Shown here: positions 10,300 through 19,882 of the stretch, in pieces
Numbering within the stretch: the stretch's first letter is position 1
Layout: each line of letters begins with the position of its first letter
Assembly: GCA_963706445.1 (NCBI GenBank)
Contig: OY970160.1
Span: forward strand, 928,001-992,000
Origin: an uncultured Nitrososphaerales archaeon
GTDB lineage: Archaea; Thermoproteota; Nitrososphaeria; Nitrososphaerales; Gagatemarchaeaceae
Length of the DNA stretch: 64,000 bases
Reading direction: 5' to 3'
Notes under the pieces: generated by a model
What the model was told of the DNA's origin: nothing
The model's input: only the letters and a program-made list of their open reading frames with translations
Database searches by the model: none
Translations under genes and position numbers: made by a program

Positions 10300-10710
10300 C
10301 TAGACAGACGGCATCTCGTTAGCTGTCAACTTTACGACGTCTCCTCTGGTTATCGAGTCGAACGCATCCATCCCCGACTCCACCTTGCCTACCGGGTTGA
10401 GCGGGCGGTCGCTTTTCGCATCTCCAAGGAACACACACAACAGACTCCCCGACGGGAGGAAAGCGACGTCCCCCCTTGCGAACAGGGTCCTGGGTTTTTC
10501 CACACCCACCCTGAGTTCAGTGAGGAGGCAGACCATGGCCGGCTGGAGGTTCACACGGCTGTTGAACGGGAGGCTCCTGAGGATCGCGCTTACCGTCAGA
10601 GGTGCGAGATGGCGGTAGAGGGAGACGACTCCTTGGCCTTTGCCGCCCACCGTTGCCGTGCAGTCCACCTTGGAGACTGAGCCTGCCGAAGGGGCGGCCT
10701 GGGTTGACAT
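10300..10710 (-). CDS. Cyclophilin-like fold protein
   Basis: HLAPLTV..LP, GDVAF..LCVF, PLNPVG. Confidence 0.75.
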   Translation of the reverse strand: MSTQAAPSAGSVSKVDCTATVGGKGQGVVSLYRHLAPLTVSAILRSLPFNSRVNLQPAMVCLLTELRVGVEKPRTLFARGDVAFLPSGSLLCVFLGDAKSDRPLNPVGKVESGMDAFDSITRGDVVKLTANEMPSV

Positions 10711-10903
10711 CTGCGTCCCCTCCGACGGCGACCCTTAATCTGCTTTGGGGCTTGGAATCCGACGGAGAGGCCCCTCCGGGCGACGCGAGGCTGAAAAAAT
10801 CCCGTCCTAGACAAAATCACCCTCCGGCGGTTCCTAAAATGGCCTGATTCGAGGAAAAAGACTTAACTCCCGAGACCCGTGGGCGAAGCATCTCCGAGGC
10901 CCT

Positions 10904-11197
10904 TTGATGTCCCCTGCAAAGACAGTGAGAAAAGCGAAGCTTCCGTCCCTGTCCGACTTCGTGATCAAGATAGGTCCTCCGAAGCTCACCCGCTTCGAAA
11001 GGGCGCGCATCGTAGGCGCGAGGTCGCTTCAGATTGCCATGGGCGCACCTGCCTTCATCCCCATGGAAGGGCCGTACCGGGGACCCATTGAGACAGCAAT
11101 GCTCGAGATGGAGGCCGACGCGCTTCCCATATCCATCAGAAGGTCCCTCCCGAACGGGATAACCCAGGACATCCCCATCAAGGCACTCTCAAAATAG
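10904..11197 (+). CDS. rpoK: RNA polymerase subunit K (Rpo6)
   Basis: LTRFERARIVGARSLQIAMGAP. Confidence 0.95.
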   Translation: MMSPAKTVRKAKLPSLSDFVIKIGPPKLTRFERARIVGARSLQIAMGAPAFIPMEGPYRGPIETAMLEMEADALPISIRRSLPNGITQDIPIKALSK

Positions 11198-11210
11198 CAG
11201 CGTCTAGGTC

Positions 11211-12125
11211 TTGGCCCGCGTCAGGGTGTTTGTGACAGATTCCCTCCCCCCGGAGGCGACGTCCGTCTTGGCCGGCTACGATGTAATCGAGAAAGAAGCG
11301 GACGATGCTACCCTCTCCGCTTGCGACGCTCTGATCTGTTGGCCGAGAAGGGCTGACGCCTACCTGCTCAAGAAAATGAAAGGGCTCCGTATGGTGCAGA
11401 CTATGTCAGCCGGGGTGGACGCCCTCGATTTCAGAGTGGTTCCTCCAGGGGTGCCGGTCTTCTCGAACGCGGGAGCGTATACCCCCGCGGTGGCAGAGCA
11501 CGCCTGGGGGTTGCTCCTCGGAGCGGCGAAGGGCATCCATCTCAGGAACCAAAAGTCGACCCCGCGGGCCTTTAGGGGAAAGACGCTCTTGATCGTCGGA
11601 GGAGGGTCAATCGGCTCCGAAGTGGCGAGGCTGTCGAAGTCCCTCGAGATGAAGACCATCGGGCTGTCGAGGACATTCAGATCCCCGGAGTTCTACGACG
11701 AGATGCACCCGCTGTCAGCGTTGCCGGGATACATGGCGAGGGCTGACGCGGTCGTGATTGCGCTCCCCTTGACAAAGGCCACGAATGGCATCGTCGCCTA
11801 TGATGCGCTGTCGAAAGCAAGAGAGAAGGTGGTTATTGCCAACGTCGGGAGGGGAGAGACAGTGAACGAAGAGGACCTGATCAGGTGGCTGAAGGAAAGG
11901 CCCGAGAGCCGCTTCGCCACCGATGTCTTCTGGAAAGTGGACGGGAAGGAGTCGTTTTCGACGAAGGCATGGGATCTCCCGAACTTCACAGGGACCCTTC
12001 ACATCTCCGGGGTCCCGGTCGGGGAAGAGCTTGTGGGAGCCAAGGTGGCCGCGGCCTGGAATGTCAAGAGGTACTTCGAGTCGGGCGCTGCACTCAACAG
12101 GGTCGACGTCGCAGAGTACGTCTGA
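11211..12125 (+). CDS. D-isomer-specific 2-hydroxyacid dehydrogenase
   Basis: SAGVD, VAEHA, GxGxIG, NVGRG, TLHISG. Confidence 0.9.
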   Translation: MARVRVFVTDSLPPEATSVLAGYDVIEKEADDATLSACDALICWPRRADAYLLKKMKGLRMVQTMSAGVDALDFRVVPPGVPVFSNAGAYTPAVAEHAWGLLLGAAKGIHLRNQKSTPRAFRGKTLLIVGGGSIGSEVARLSKSLEMKTIGLSRTFRSPEFYDEMHPLSALPGYMARADAVVIALPLTKATNGIVAYDALSKAREKVVIANVGRGETVNEEDLIRWLKERPESRFATDVFWKVDGKESFSTKAWDLPNFTGTLHISGVPVGEELVGAKVAAAWNVKRYFESGAALNRVDVAEYV

Positions 12126-12208
12126 GACACCTGCCTCGATAGAACTCGCATCTCCCCCACAGCGGTTAAATACGCGTCTAAGCGGCGATGCCGAATAAGG
12201 TCAGACAT

Positions 12209-12577
12209 ATGCCAAGAACAAAGAAATCCGACACAAACGCATCAGAGGAGCCAAAGGCTGCAGAACAGGCCACAGCACCAGCACCACAGAGCCAGCCTCA
12301 GCAGAGGTCAGCGCCTTACAACCACATCTTCGTCGGCCAGAAGCCAGTGATGAACTACGCGATGAGCGCACTCATCCAGCTTACCCAGGCCGGTGAAGTG
12401 ACCGTGAAGGCGAGAGGGATGGCAATCAGCAGAGCTGTCGACGTCGCAGAAATCGTCACAAAGCGGCTGGGCAACGGCGTGTTCAAGGTCAAGGACATCG
12501 GCATAAGCACCGAGGTCGTTGGCGAAGGCTCAGAGCAAAGGAACATCTCCTCGATCGAAATAGTCGTCGGGAAATAG
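12209..12577 (+). CDS. albA: DNA/RNA-binding protein Alba with N-terminal low-complexity extension
   Basis: IFVGQKPVMNY, KARGMAISRAVDVAE, ISSIEI. Confidence 0.93.
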   Translation: MPRTKKSDTNASEEPKAAEQATAPAPQSQPQQRSAPYNHIFVGQKPVMNYAMSALIQLTQAGEVTVKARGMAISRAVDVAEIVTKRLGNGVFKVKDIGISTEVVGEGSEQRNISSIEIVVGK

Positions 12578-12615
12578 AACAAACCCACCTATAGAAATCA
12601 GTTGGTTGCACGAGG

Positions 12616-12891
12616 CTAGCGAGAGCTGAGCCTCGCTCTCAGCGGAGAGGCCGAGCAGAGAAGGAGCTTCTGGCTCCTGCTCATCTTTTTGATCTCCCAC
12701 TCGCGTCGCAGGGCGCTCCCTCGGTCATGCGCCTTTTCGGCGAATTTCAGTTCGACAGGAAGCCTCGAACGTGTGTATTTCGATCCCTTCCCTGCGTTAT
12801 GTTCGGACAGCCTGCGGATCAGATTGTCGGTCGCGCCCGTGTACAGGGAACCGTCGGAACATTTCAGGATGTATACCAGGTAGCCGCCCAC
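12616..12891 (-). CDS. GIY-YIG nuclease family protein (UPF0213)
   Basis: VYILKCSDGSLYTG..RRLSEHNAGKGSKYTR; likely GTG start at 12891. Confidence 0.88.
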   Translation of the reverse strand: MGGYLVYILKCSDGSLYTGATDNLIRRLSEHNAGKGSKYTRSRLPVELKFAEKAHDRGSALRREWEIKKMSRSQKLLLCSASPLRARLSSR

Positions 12892-13050
12892 GTCGGACCA
12901 TCGGTCGTCGCTGCTTAGAATGATTCCGCAAGAAGGCGACAGACTCTTGATGATCGATGGGGCGGACACATTCACATTTTTGTCCAAGAATTTTTTTCTC
13001 TCGGGGATAATCTTATAAGAGAAATTCCTCGGCGTTCAATTAACAAAAAG

Positions 13051-14370
13051 TTGGTCGACACTCGCACACAGCCCGCATCAAGAGCGGGTGTTGTGGCGCC
13101 GAGGTTTTCAGAAGCAGATCTATACAGCCTAGCAGAAAAGTACGGCACGCCGTACTTCCTGGTAGATGAAGCGACGCTGAGGAGGAAGGTCACGGACATG
13201 GAGCAGGCCTTCTCCGAATTCAAGGGCGTCTACAGGGTTGCATATTCAGTCAAAGCGAATTTCAACCCGTCTGTCATCAGGACCTTCGCCACCGAAGGGA
13301 TACTGTTCGACCTTACCGCTCCGAGCGAGCTCTACTTCATACTGAAATCGGGGGGCTCGGCCGAGAACGTGATGTACACCAGCATCACAGAGACGACCTC
13401 CGAATACGAAGAGATCCTGAAGATGGGGGTCCGGAAGGTAGTGGTGGCAAGTTACAACGGGCTCCTCAACCTGGCAGAAGCAGCGGGACGAGCCAACGTC
13501 ATGGTGGAGACGATGATCAGGGTGAACCCCGAGGTCCATGTACACGCGGAGCTGCGTGGGTCCATGGGGCACGGCAAGTTCGGGCTTCAGTTCAATGGTG
13601 GAAGCCAGGACAGCGCCTTCTACGTGCTCAAGAAGCTCCTCGGCACCCCCGGCCTGAAGTTCGAAGGGTTCCACTTCCATCTGGGGAGCCAGATCGAGGA
13701 CCCATCCTGCTACGGCGAGGCGATCGAGAAGTTGGAAGCATTCATCCTAGACGCCAGGAGGCAGCTCGGGGACTTCCCTGTCAGGACCCTTGACATGGGG
13801 GGCGGACTGCCGGCACCCTATGGCCGGAAGGTGCCGACGCCCAAGGACCTGGCATCGAAGATCGTCGGGCAGCTGAACAGCCTGGTAGAAAGCATCGGAG
13901 AGAAGTTCACACTGGTTTCCGAGAGCGGGAGGTATCTTACGGCGGAGTCGACTGTCCTGGTCTGCAGGGTGGTGAACACGAAGAGCTTCGGGGAGAGCAA
14001 GTATGTCTACGTGGACGCGGGGTATCACGTGCTCCTCGACTCGGCTCTTCTGCGTCACGAGTACCCGGTAGAAGTTGTCCCCGGAGGGAAGCAGTCTCCC
14101 CAGAAGGTGGTCCTCGTCGGGAGGCTCTGCGACCCCTTGGACGTCTTTCCCACCTCAAGCAGGTCGAAGCTCGGAGGCGCGGAGTCCGGCAAGCTGGTCA
14201 TGTTCAGAGATGTGGGCGCTTACTCGATCGTCATGAACATGCCATTCCACAGCCAGCCCAAGCCGTACGTTATCATGAGGAACGGCCAAGGGAACTACTC
14301 GGTGGCCCGCAAGGGGCAGACAGTCGACCGCCTATTCATGGATGAGGGCGGGGACTCGCTGGCAGCCTAG
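13051..14370 (+). CDS. lysA: PLP-dependent decarboxylase, diaminopimelate decarboxylase-like
   Basis: YGTP, YSVKAN (PLP Lys), KFG, HFHLGSQ, ESGR, GRLCD, GAY; substrate uncertain. Confidence 0.75.
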   Translation: MVDTRTQPASRAGVVAPRFSEADLYSLAEKYGTPYFLVDEATLRRKVTDMEQAFSEFKGVYRVAYSVKANFNPSVIRTFATEGILFDLTAPSELYFILKSGGSAENVMYTSITETTSEYEEILKMGVRKVVVASYNGLLNLAEAAGRANVMVETMIRVNPEVHVHAELRGSMGHGKFGLQFNGGSQDSAFYVLKKLLGTPGLKFEGFHFHLGSQIEDPSCYGEAIEKLEAFILDARRQLGDFPVRTLDMGGGLPAPYGRKVPTPKDLASKIVGQLNSLVESIGEKFTLVSESGRYLTAESTVLVCRVVNTKSFGESKYVYVDAGYHVLLDSALLRHEYPVEVVPGGKQSPQKVVLVGRLCDPLDVFPTSSRSKLGGAESGKLVMFRDVGAYSIVMNMPFHSQPKPYVIMRNGQGNYSVARKGQTVDRLFMDEGGDSLAA

Positions 14371-14407
14371 AAAACGTTCAAAGGAGGTTTAGCCATGGGA
14401 ACGACCG

Positions 14408-15016
14408 TTGAAGCCTGGTGCTACGATGGGCGAGTTCAGGGCCAAAGACGGTAGGCGCTTTACTCTACGGTCGATGAGGACATCCGACCTGGACCCGATG
14501 CTGTCATTCGCCAACACCCTAGTCAAGGAGAAAAGGCACAACCGGGAGCTGGGGGTGTCGTCATTCGACAAGAGAATTTCCCGGCAGTTCGAACAGGACT
14601 TCGTCCGAAAGATGATCCATGCAATGCGGAAAAGGGAGTCGATGGCTCTGCTGGTATGGTCCGACGGAGATCTAATCGGGCTCTGCTCGATTTCCAGGGG
14701 CAAGCAGTCTGATCTTCATCACACGGGCACTTTGGGGATAGTCATCAGCGAGGGGTTTAGGGGAGTCGGCGTGGGCGAGCGACTCATGTCCGAGGTCCTT
14801 CGGGAAGCAAAACGCATGGGGATCTGGCTTGTGGAGCTGGAGGTGCTCGCCATCAACGATAGGGCGAAGCGGCTCTACGAAAAGGTCGGCTTCAAGACGG
14901 TCGGGGTTGTGCCCAACAAGATACTGAGGGATGGGAAGAGCATTGACATCGTCGCGATGTACGCTGACCTCAGGGGAACCGATAAATCCGGCCCGCCACG
15001 GCGCCGGCGAAGTTGA
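14408..15016 (+). CDS. GNAT family N-acetyltransferase
   Basis: FRGVGVG, N..AKRLYEKVGF. Confidence 0.9.
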   Translation: MKPGATMGEFRAKDGRRFTLRSMRTSDLDPMLSFANTLVKEKRHNRELGVSSFDKRISRQFEQDFVRKMIHAMRKRESMALLVWSDGDLIGLCSISRGKQSDLHHTGTLGIVISEGFRGVGVGERLMSEVLREAKRMGIWLVELEVLAINDRAKRLYEKVGFKTVGVVPNKILRDGKSIDIVAMYADLRGTDKSGPPRRRRS

Positions 15017-15579
15017 CCCTCGAAGTCATCATCGGACCGATGTTCTCCGGCAAGACTTCTGAGCTTATCCGCCTCGTGGAGAGGGAAGTATATGCGAAGA
15101 GGAAGGGCGCCATCTTCAAGATAGCGTTCGACAAGCGGTACAGCGCACGTCAGGTGGTGACGCACAACGGTCTGCATTACGACGCATACACAGTCGCATC
15201 GTCAGCGGAAGGCCTCAGGAAGATCGAGGAACTGGCTTCGAAGGGAGGACTGGACGCCATTGGGATCGACGAAGTCAATTTCTTCCCGGATGAACTGGTG
15301 GGCGTGCTCGACAGGCTCGCCGACACGAAGAAGGTGATCGCTTGCGGGCTCAATCTCAACTTCAGAGCGGAGCCCTTCAAGACGACAATGGAACTGGCTG
15401 CCCGGGCGGACCGAGTCCAGTACCTCAGTGCCGTCTGTGTCGTCTGCGGCCGGGAGGCGACGAGGACCCAGCGTCTCATCGGAGGGAAGCCTGCGCCGAA
15501 GGACTCCCCGACCATCGTTGTCGGTGGCAAGGAAATGTACGAGCCGAGGTGCAGAAACTGCTATGCTCCCCCCGAATAG
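15013..15579 (+). CDS. tdk: Thymidine kinase
   Basis: GPMFSGKT, IDEVNF, CxxC..YEPRCRNC. Confidence 0.96.
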   Translation: MTLEVIIGPMFSGKTSELIRLVEREVYAKRKGAIFKIAFDKRYSARQVVTHNGLHYDAYTVASSAEGLRKIEELASKGGLDAIGIDEVNFFPDELVGVLDRLADTKKVIACGLNLNFRAEPFKTTMELAARADRVQYLSAVCVVCGREATRTQRLIGGKPAPKDSPTIVVGGKEMYEPRCRNCYAPPE

Positions 15580-15640
15580 CGGGCCATGGGAATTATTGAT
15601 ATCCGCCAGAGTAGGGCGTGGGTGGAGGGGAGTCATCAAG

Positions 15641-16411
15641 TTGGCCCTTGAACCGAAGGACGAGTCAGGCAGGCCGTATCATATCCGGCTTTCGAAGAGA
15701 GACGTGGGCAGGGTAGCGTTCCTACCTGGAGACCCGGGGAGGGTCCCCAGGATTGCCGAGAGGTTCCAGGGAGCGAAGGACTTGGGTTCGCACCGGGAGT
15801 ACAGGGCGTTCGGAGGTAGGATAGGGTCTGAGAAGGTGGTCGCTGTCAGCACGGGGATTGGGGGCCCTGCGGCTGCCATCGCCATCGAAGAGCTGGCGAG
15901 GCTGGGCGTGGAGGTGATGATCCGGGTCGGGACATGCGGGGCCATAACCCCCTCAGTAGGGGTGGGCTCGATAATAATCGCCGACGCAGCGGTTAGGATG
16001 GATGGGACGAGCACCCAGTACGTGCCTTTGGGGTACCCGGCGGCGGCAACCCCCGGAGTTGTCATGGCCCTCAGCGAGTCGGCGAAGTCTCTTCGCGTGA
16101 AGTCCGCCATCGGGATCACCGCGTCCACGGACGCGTTCTACGTCGGCCAGGGGCGGAAGTCTTTCGGCGGGTTCCTCCCTTCCGACAAGGCGCACCTTGT
16201 GGACGAGATGCTCGCGGCGAAGGTCCTATGCTTCGAGATGGAGTCTGCGACACTCTTTACCCTCGGCAGGGTCTTCGGGCTGAAGACGGGAGCAGTCTTC
16301 GCAGTCGTGGGGAACAGGGCGACGGACAAGTTCAAGCTCGAGGCGGGAGTGGACGACGCCATTGACGTCGCAGTGGAAGCCGTCAGGCGCCTGAAGAAGC
16401 ATTCCGTCTGA
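15641..16411 (+). CDS. udp: Uridine/nucleoside phosphorylase
   Basis: PGDPGRV, STGIGGP, RVGTCG, FEMESA; TTG start at 15641. Confidence 0.9.
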   Translation: MALEPKDESGRPYHIRLSKRDVGRVAFLPGDPGRVPRIAERFQGAKDLGSHREYRAFGGRIGSEKVVAVSTGIGGPAAAIAIEELARLGVEVMIRVGTCGAITPSVGVGSIIIADAAVRMDGTSTQYVPLGYPAAATPGVVMALSESAKSLRVKSAIGITASTDAFYVGQGRKSFGGFLPSDKAHLVDEMLAAKVLCFEMESATLFTLGRVFGLKTGAVFAVVGNRATDKFKLEAGVDDAIDVAVEAVRRLKKHSV

Positions 16412-17639
16412 GAGGGCCCCGGATGACCGTTCCGAGGACGTCCCTTCCCTTGAGATGCCCAAGCGATCCTCGCAGGGAGTTCGCCTCGCTAAACCTCATC
16501 CCATCCCCCTTCGATTCAGATGATATCAACAGCGGCACCGGGTCGGCCGAGTGCCTCTTCAAAGTGCAGGGTGTGGCATGGTCGCACGAGACCCCGAGCC
16601 GAACCTCCCCTATCCTAGGGGCCACGGTCGAGAAGAACTCCTTGTCGATTGCCTCGATGTTCTTCCTCTTTCCCTTCGCGTCCCCGTCGTGCCCGAACTC
16701 GTCGGGACCTTTGATGTGCACATAGACCACCGTCCCCTCCTTGAGTTCGGATGAAAAGAGGGACGCCTTCTCTCTGTTGTCCTTCCTGTCCTTGATCTTG
16801 ACCATCTTCATCTTCAGAAGCTTCGCGATTCCCACCTCCGCGGGCATCTCCACAAGGGCAGTCCCCGGCATCCCGTACTTCTCCTCGAAAGACGGGAGCT
16901 TTGGCAGGTGGTCCCCGGCGTCCCGGAGGAGGACGAGGTTGGCGGGGAGCTTCCCAGCCCTCACACGCTCCTCGTTGACCTCGCTCGAACTCAGTGCCCT
17001 CTGCGCCTTGGCCGTGAATTCGTTCACCAACCTGGCGGCTCTTTTGGCGGATTCTTCCTGCGATTCTGGCACAGATTTCATCACCTTCTCTGGGCCCTCG
17101 GATTCCTTGGCTGCACCGAATCCTCCGACGCGGGCATAGGCTGGGTCGGTGTTGGTGATGGCGGCAGAAAGAGGGGAATCGGCCCTGATGAGGAGGACCC
17201 CCCTGTAGGAAATCGTTGCCTTGAATTCGAACTCGGCGCCGGTCAACTCTACCTTGTTCAGATCCTCGGCTAGCTCTTCTGCCTCCTCCTGGGTGAGGTT
17301 CCTCCCTGCGCGTCTATCGACTATCCTGTCCCCCGCCCCGGAAGCCAGGTTCGCCCTCAGTGCAAGGTCCCCGTCGCGGACCTGGAACCCGGCGCCCACA
17401 GCCTCGACAACCCCTCTACCGGGGTAGCCCTTCTCGAAGGCGTACCCCAGCATGTTAAAGACGGCGATGTCGGATTCGGGCGCGACTCCCTCTCCCACCG
17501 TCGTGACGTTCCCTAGGACCGACTTTGCGGCTATCCTGTCAAGACACGGGGTGTAAGCTGACTCGAGAGGGGTGGTGTAGTTCAGAGAAGGGACAGGCCT
17601 GTCCCCGCACCCGTCAAGCAGAACGTACCCGATCTTCAT
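16383..17639 (-). CDS. apgM: 2,3-bisphosphoglycerate-independent phosphoglycerate mutase (archaeal type)
   Basis: LLDGCGDRP, PESD, GRG..EA, HIKGPDEFGHDG, DHATP, HSADPVP. Confidence 0.92.
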   Translation of the reverse strand: MKIGYVLLDGCGDRPVPSLNYTTPLESAYTPCLDRIAAKSVLGNVTTVGEGVAPESDIAVFNMLGYAFEKGYPGRGVVEAVGAGFQVRDGDLALRANLASGAGDRIVDRRAGRNLTQEEAEELAEDLNKVELTGAEFEFKATISYRGVLLIRADSPLSAAITNTDPAYARVGGFGAAKESEGPEKVMKSVPESQEESAKRAARLVNEFTAKAQRALSSSEVNEERVRAGKLPANLVLLRDAGDHLPKLPSFEEKYGMPGTALVEMPAEVGIAKLLKMKMVKIKDRKDNREKASLFSSELKEGTVVYVHIKGPDEFGHDGDAKGKRKNIEAIDKEFFSTVAPRIGEVRLGVSCDHATPCTLKRHSADPVPLLISSESKGDGMRFSEANSLRGSLGHLKGRDVLGTVIRGPLRRNASSGA

Positions 17640-17734
17640 TTTCCGCGCAGGTGTCGAAGGACGACTGCATTTCTCCCTTTCGCGGCCTCCAAGTTGCAAA
17701 GCTAATATCCTGACCCAGTCTCGATGGCGCGCCC

Positions 17735-18769
17735 ATGGTCGAGATGCGGAAGGACTACTTCACCGAGAAGATCTCGATCATATTACCGGACCGAGGCCTG
17801 AAGCCGGGCCAGGTGCTACCGCAAAAGCAGGAGAAGTGCAACTACTGCGCTGGGAACGAAGAGCTCACACCCCCCGCCGACCTTGTGCTCGTAAAGCGCG
17901 GAGACACATTGCTGAAGCAGACCGACTCGGAGGGGGACATCGTCAAGAACTGGTCTGTGAGGATATTCCCTGCCAAGAACCCGGTGGTCACCCCGAACGC
18001 CCCTCCATCATACGGGGATTCCCCCCACTTCAGCGAGCCTGCGGTCGGCTATCATTACGTCCTCGTCGCCACCCCCAAGCACGACCAGCCTTTCTCGAAG
18101 ATAGATGTGGAGCAGTGGACGAACATCCTCGCCTCGCTCCAGGACAAGGTGAGGTGGCTCTACTCACAGAAAGGAGTGAGCTACGTTCTGGTCTATGTGA
18201 ACAGCGAAAGGGAAGGGACCCCGACGGCCGTCCACCCCAACATCCAGATGGTGACCACCCCCAGGGTCCCCCCCGCCGTCGAGGAAGAGGCGGATACAGT
18301 GCAGACCTCGCTCAACGACCTGGGGGTCTGTCCGATGTGCCAGGTCGTCGGGACGGAGACTGGGGGACCGAGGCAGATTCTTGCTACGGACTTCTTCCTT
18401 GCCTTCGCGCCCTGGGTGTCGACGCACCCGTTCGAGTTCTGGGTCTACCCGAAGAGGCACATGACCAGCATACTCAAGCTCTCGCAGAAGGAGATGATGG
18501 ACCTAGCTCTCATGCTGAGGTCGACCCTAGGTGGGATGGCCAAGGCCCTCGACTCCCCCAGCTTCACATTGGTCTTCCACAGCTCTTCGGAGAAGAAGAC
18601 GACGAAGCAGATACACTGGCACATCGAGGTGTACCCGAAGCGGAAACAGTGGACCGGGCTGGAGCTAGGTGGAGGGATCTATGTCAGCGAGGTTTCCCCG
18701 GAGGGTGCCGCCCAAGTATTGGGCGCGAGCTCGAGGAAGGAGCTGGCCCAGCTCGTGGGCATACGATAG
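17735..18769 (+). CDS. galT: Galactose-1-phosphate uridylyltransferase-like (GalT/HIT) protein
   Basis: CxxCxGNE, CPMC, HWHIEVYP, GLELGGG; active-site HPH reads HPN. Confidence 0.75.
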   Translation: MVEMRKDYFTEKISIILPDRGLKPGQVLPQKQEKCNYCAGNEELTPPADLVLVKRGDTLLKQTDSEGDIVKNWSVRIFPAKNPVVTPNAPPSYGDSPHFSEPAVGYHYVLVATPKHDQPFSKIDVEQWTNILASLQDKVRWLYSQKGVSYVLVYVNSEREGTPTAVHPNIQMVTTPRVPPAVEEEADTVQTSLNDLGVCPMCQVVGTETGGPRQILATDFFLAFAPWVSTHPFEFWVYPKRHMTSILKLSQKEMMDLALMLRSTLGGMAKALDSPSFTLVFHSSSEKKTTKQIHWHIEVYPKRKQWTGLELGGGIYVSEVSPEGAAQVLGASSRKELAQLVGIR

Positions 18770-19795
18770 TCAGCTTCCTTTCTTCAGGGTGTCTATCAGC
18801 TTGGTCGGGAAGGGGTCCCTTCCCAGGCCGATTGCTGTGTAGTATGACGTGACGTCCAGGCGGTAGGCCATCGTAGCGAGCCTGGCTAGACTCGTGCCTC
18901 CCCGGCCGCTCACCTGAATGGGTCTCTTTCCTCCCTTACGCAGTATGCTGACCATCTTGTCAGCTCGAGTCCTGTCCCGGTCGCTCTCCGAGGGGTGCCT
19001 GAGGAAAATCGGGAGGAACGCGACGCTCGGGTCCTCCCACGATTCTATTTCGTTGTGGAAGGCGTCGGGTATCCCGTCGAAGTGCGCGTGCTTCTTGGAA
19101 TTCTCGTTAAGGACATTCTTGAACCTGATACCGACCCCCCGGGTCACCCTGGCCCCATAGATGCTCGGCGTCTTGTGCAGGAGCGCGAGGGCGAGGCGCT
19201 TGGAGCCGTTCCTCGAGAGCGGGACGGACCTTACTATCTTCTTCCTCTCGACCTCCATGGCGGAGAAAGCGTCCTCTGCCTCATCCTCGCACCCCAGCCC
19301 GAGCCCCCTGTTGATCACAGCGAGAGTCGAGAAGGCAATGAACGGGAGCATGTACCTTGGGGCGACGACCTTCGGCATGTCGATGTGGGGGACCCCCAGT
19401 TTCGCCGCCTCCTCCTTCACCATCCCCCCTCCGGAGATTGCGAGTACCCTGGCCCCGCGCTGGACCGCCGCCCTGAGCATTTCGATGGTCTCCATGGTCT
19501 GCCCGGAAGCGCTACAAGCGACGGCCACGGAATCGTGCATGTCAGCAACGAGTATCTTTCCCTTGAACACGGCGATCTCAATCCCTGACCTGTCCGAGGC
19601 CCACCCGGCGATGATATCCCCACCCGACGCCGACCCGCCCATGCCGAGGACGAACGCTTTCTTCGCCGCGCCCGCTGGGAGCTCTACTTTTGCCTCGAAG
19701 CCTTCCCTCGCTAGTGATGGCCACCCATCGTAGATCTCATAGACACTGGAACGGTCAATCCTATCAACTCGGGAGTCTGAGAATGGGTCATTCAA
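18770..19795 (-). CDS. Bifunctional phosphoglucose/phosphomannose isomerase (SIS domains)
   Basis: GMGGSA, SASGQT.ET, NENSK, HNEIE. Confidence 0.88.
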   Translation of the reverse strand: MNDPFSDSRVDRIDRSSVYEIYDGWPSLAREGFEAKVELPAGAAKKAFVLGMGGSASGGDIIAGWASDRSGIEIAVFKGKILVADMHDSVAVACSASGQTMETIEMLRAAVQRGARVLAISGGGMVKEEAAKLGVPHIDMPKVVAPRYMLPFIAFSTLAVINRGLGLGCEDEAEDAFSAMEVERKKIVRSVPLSRNGSKRLALALLHKTPSIYGARVTRGVGIRFKNVLNENSKKHAHFDGIPDAFHNEIESWEDPSVAFLPIFLRHPSESDRDRTRADKMVSILRKGGKRPIQVSGRGGTSLARLATMAYRLDVTSYYTAIGLGRDPFPTKLIDTLKKGS

Positions 19796-19882
19796 TTGAT
19801 GCTACGGCCGCGTTATGGATCCCCTCAGCCGTTCTGCTTTAAGTTCGACGCTAGGGACGCGCCAGGCTGCACCACCGGAACT

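Noticed and set aside
12616-12891. GIY-YIG gene as a homing endonuclease or mobile element
   Set aside because: It is the short stand-alone UPF0213 type, with no intron, terminal repeats or target duplication visible.
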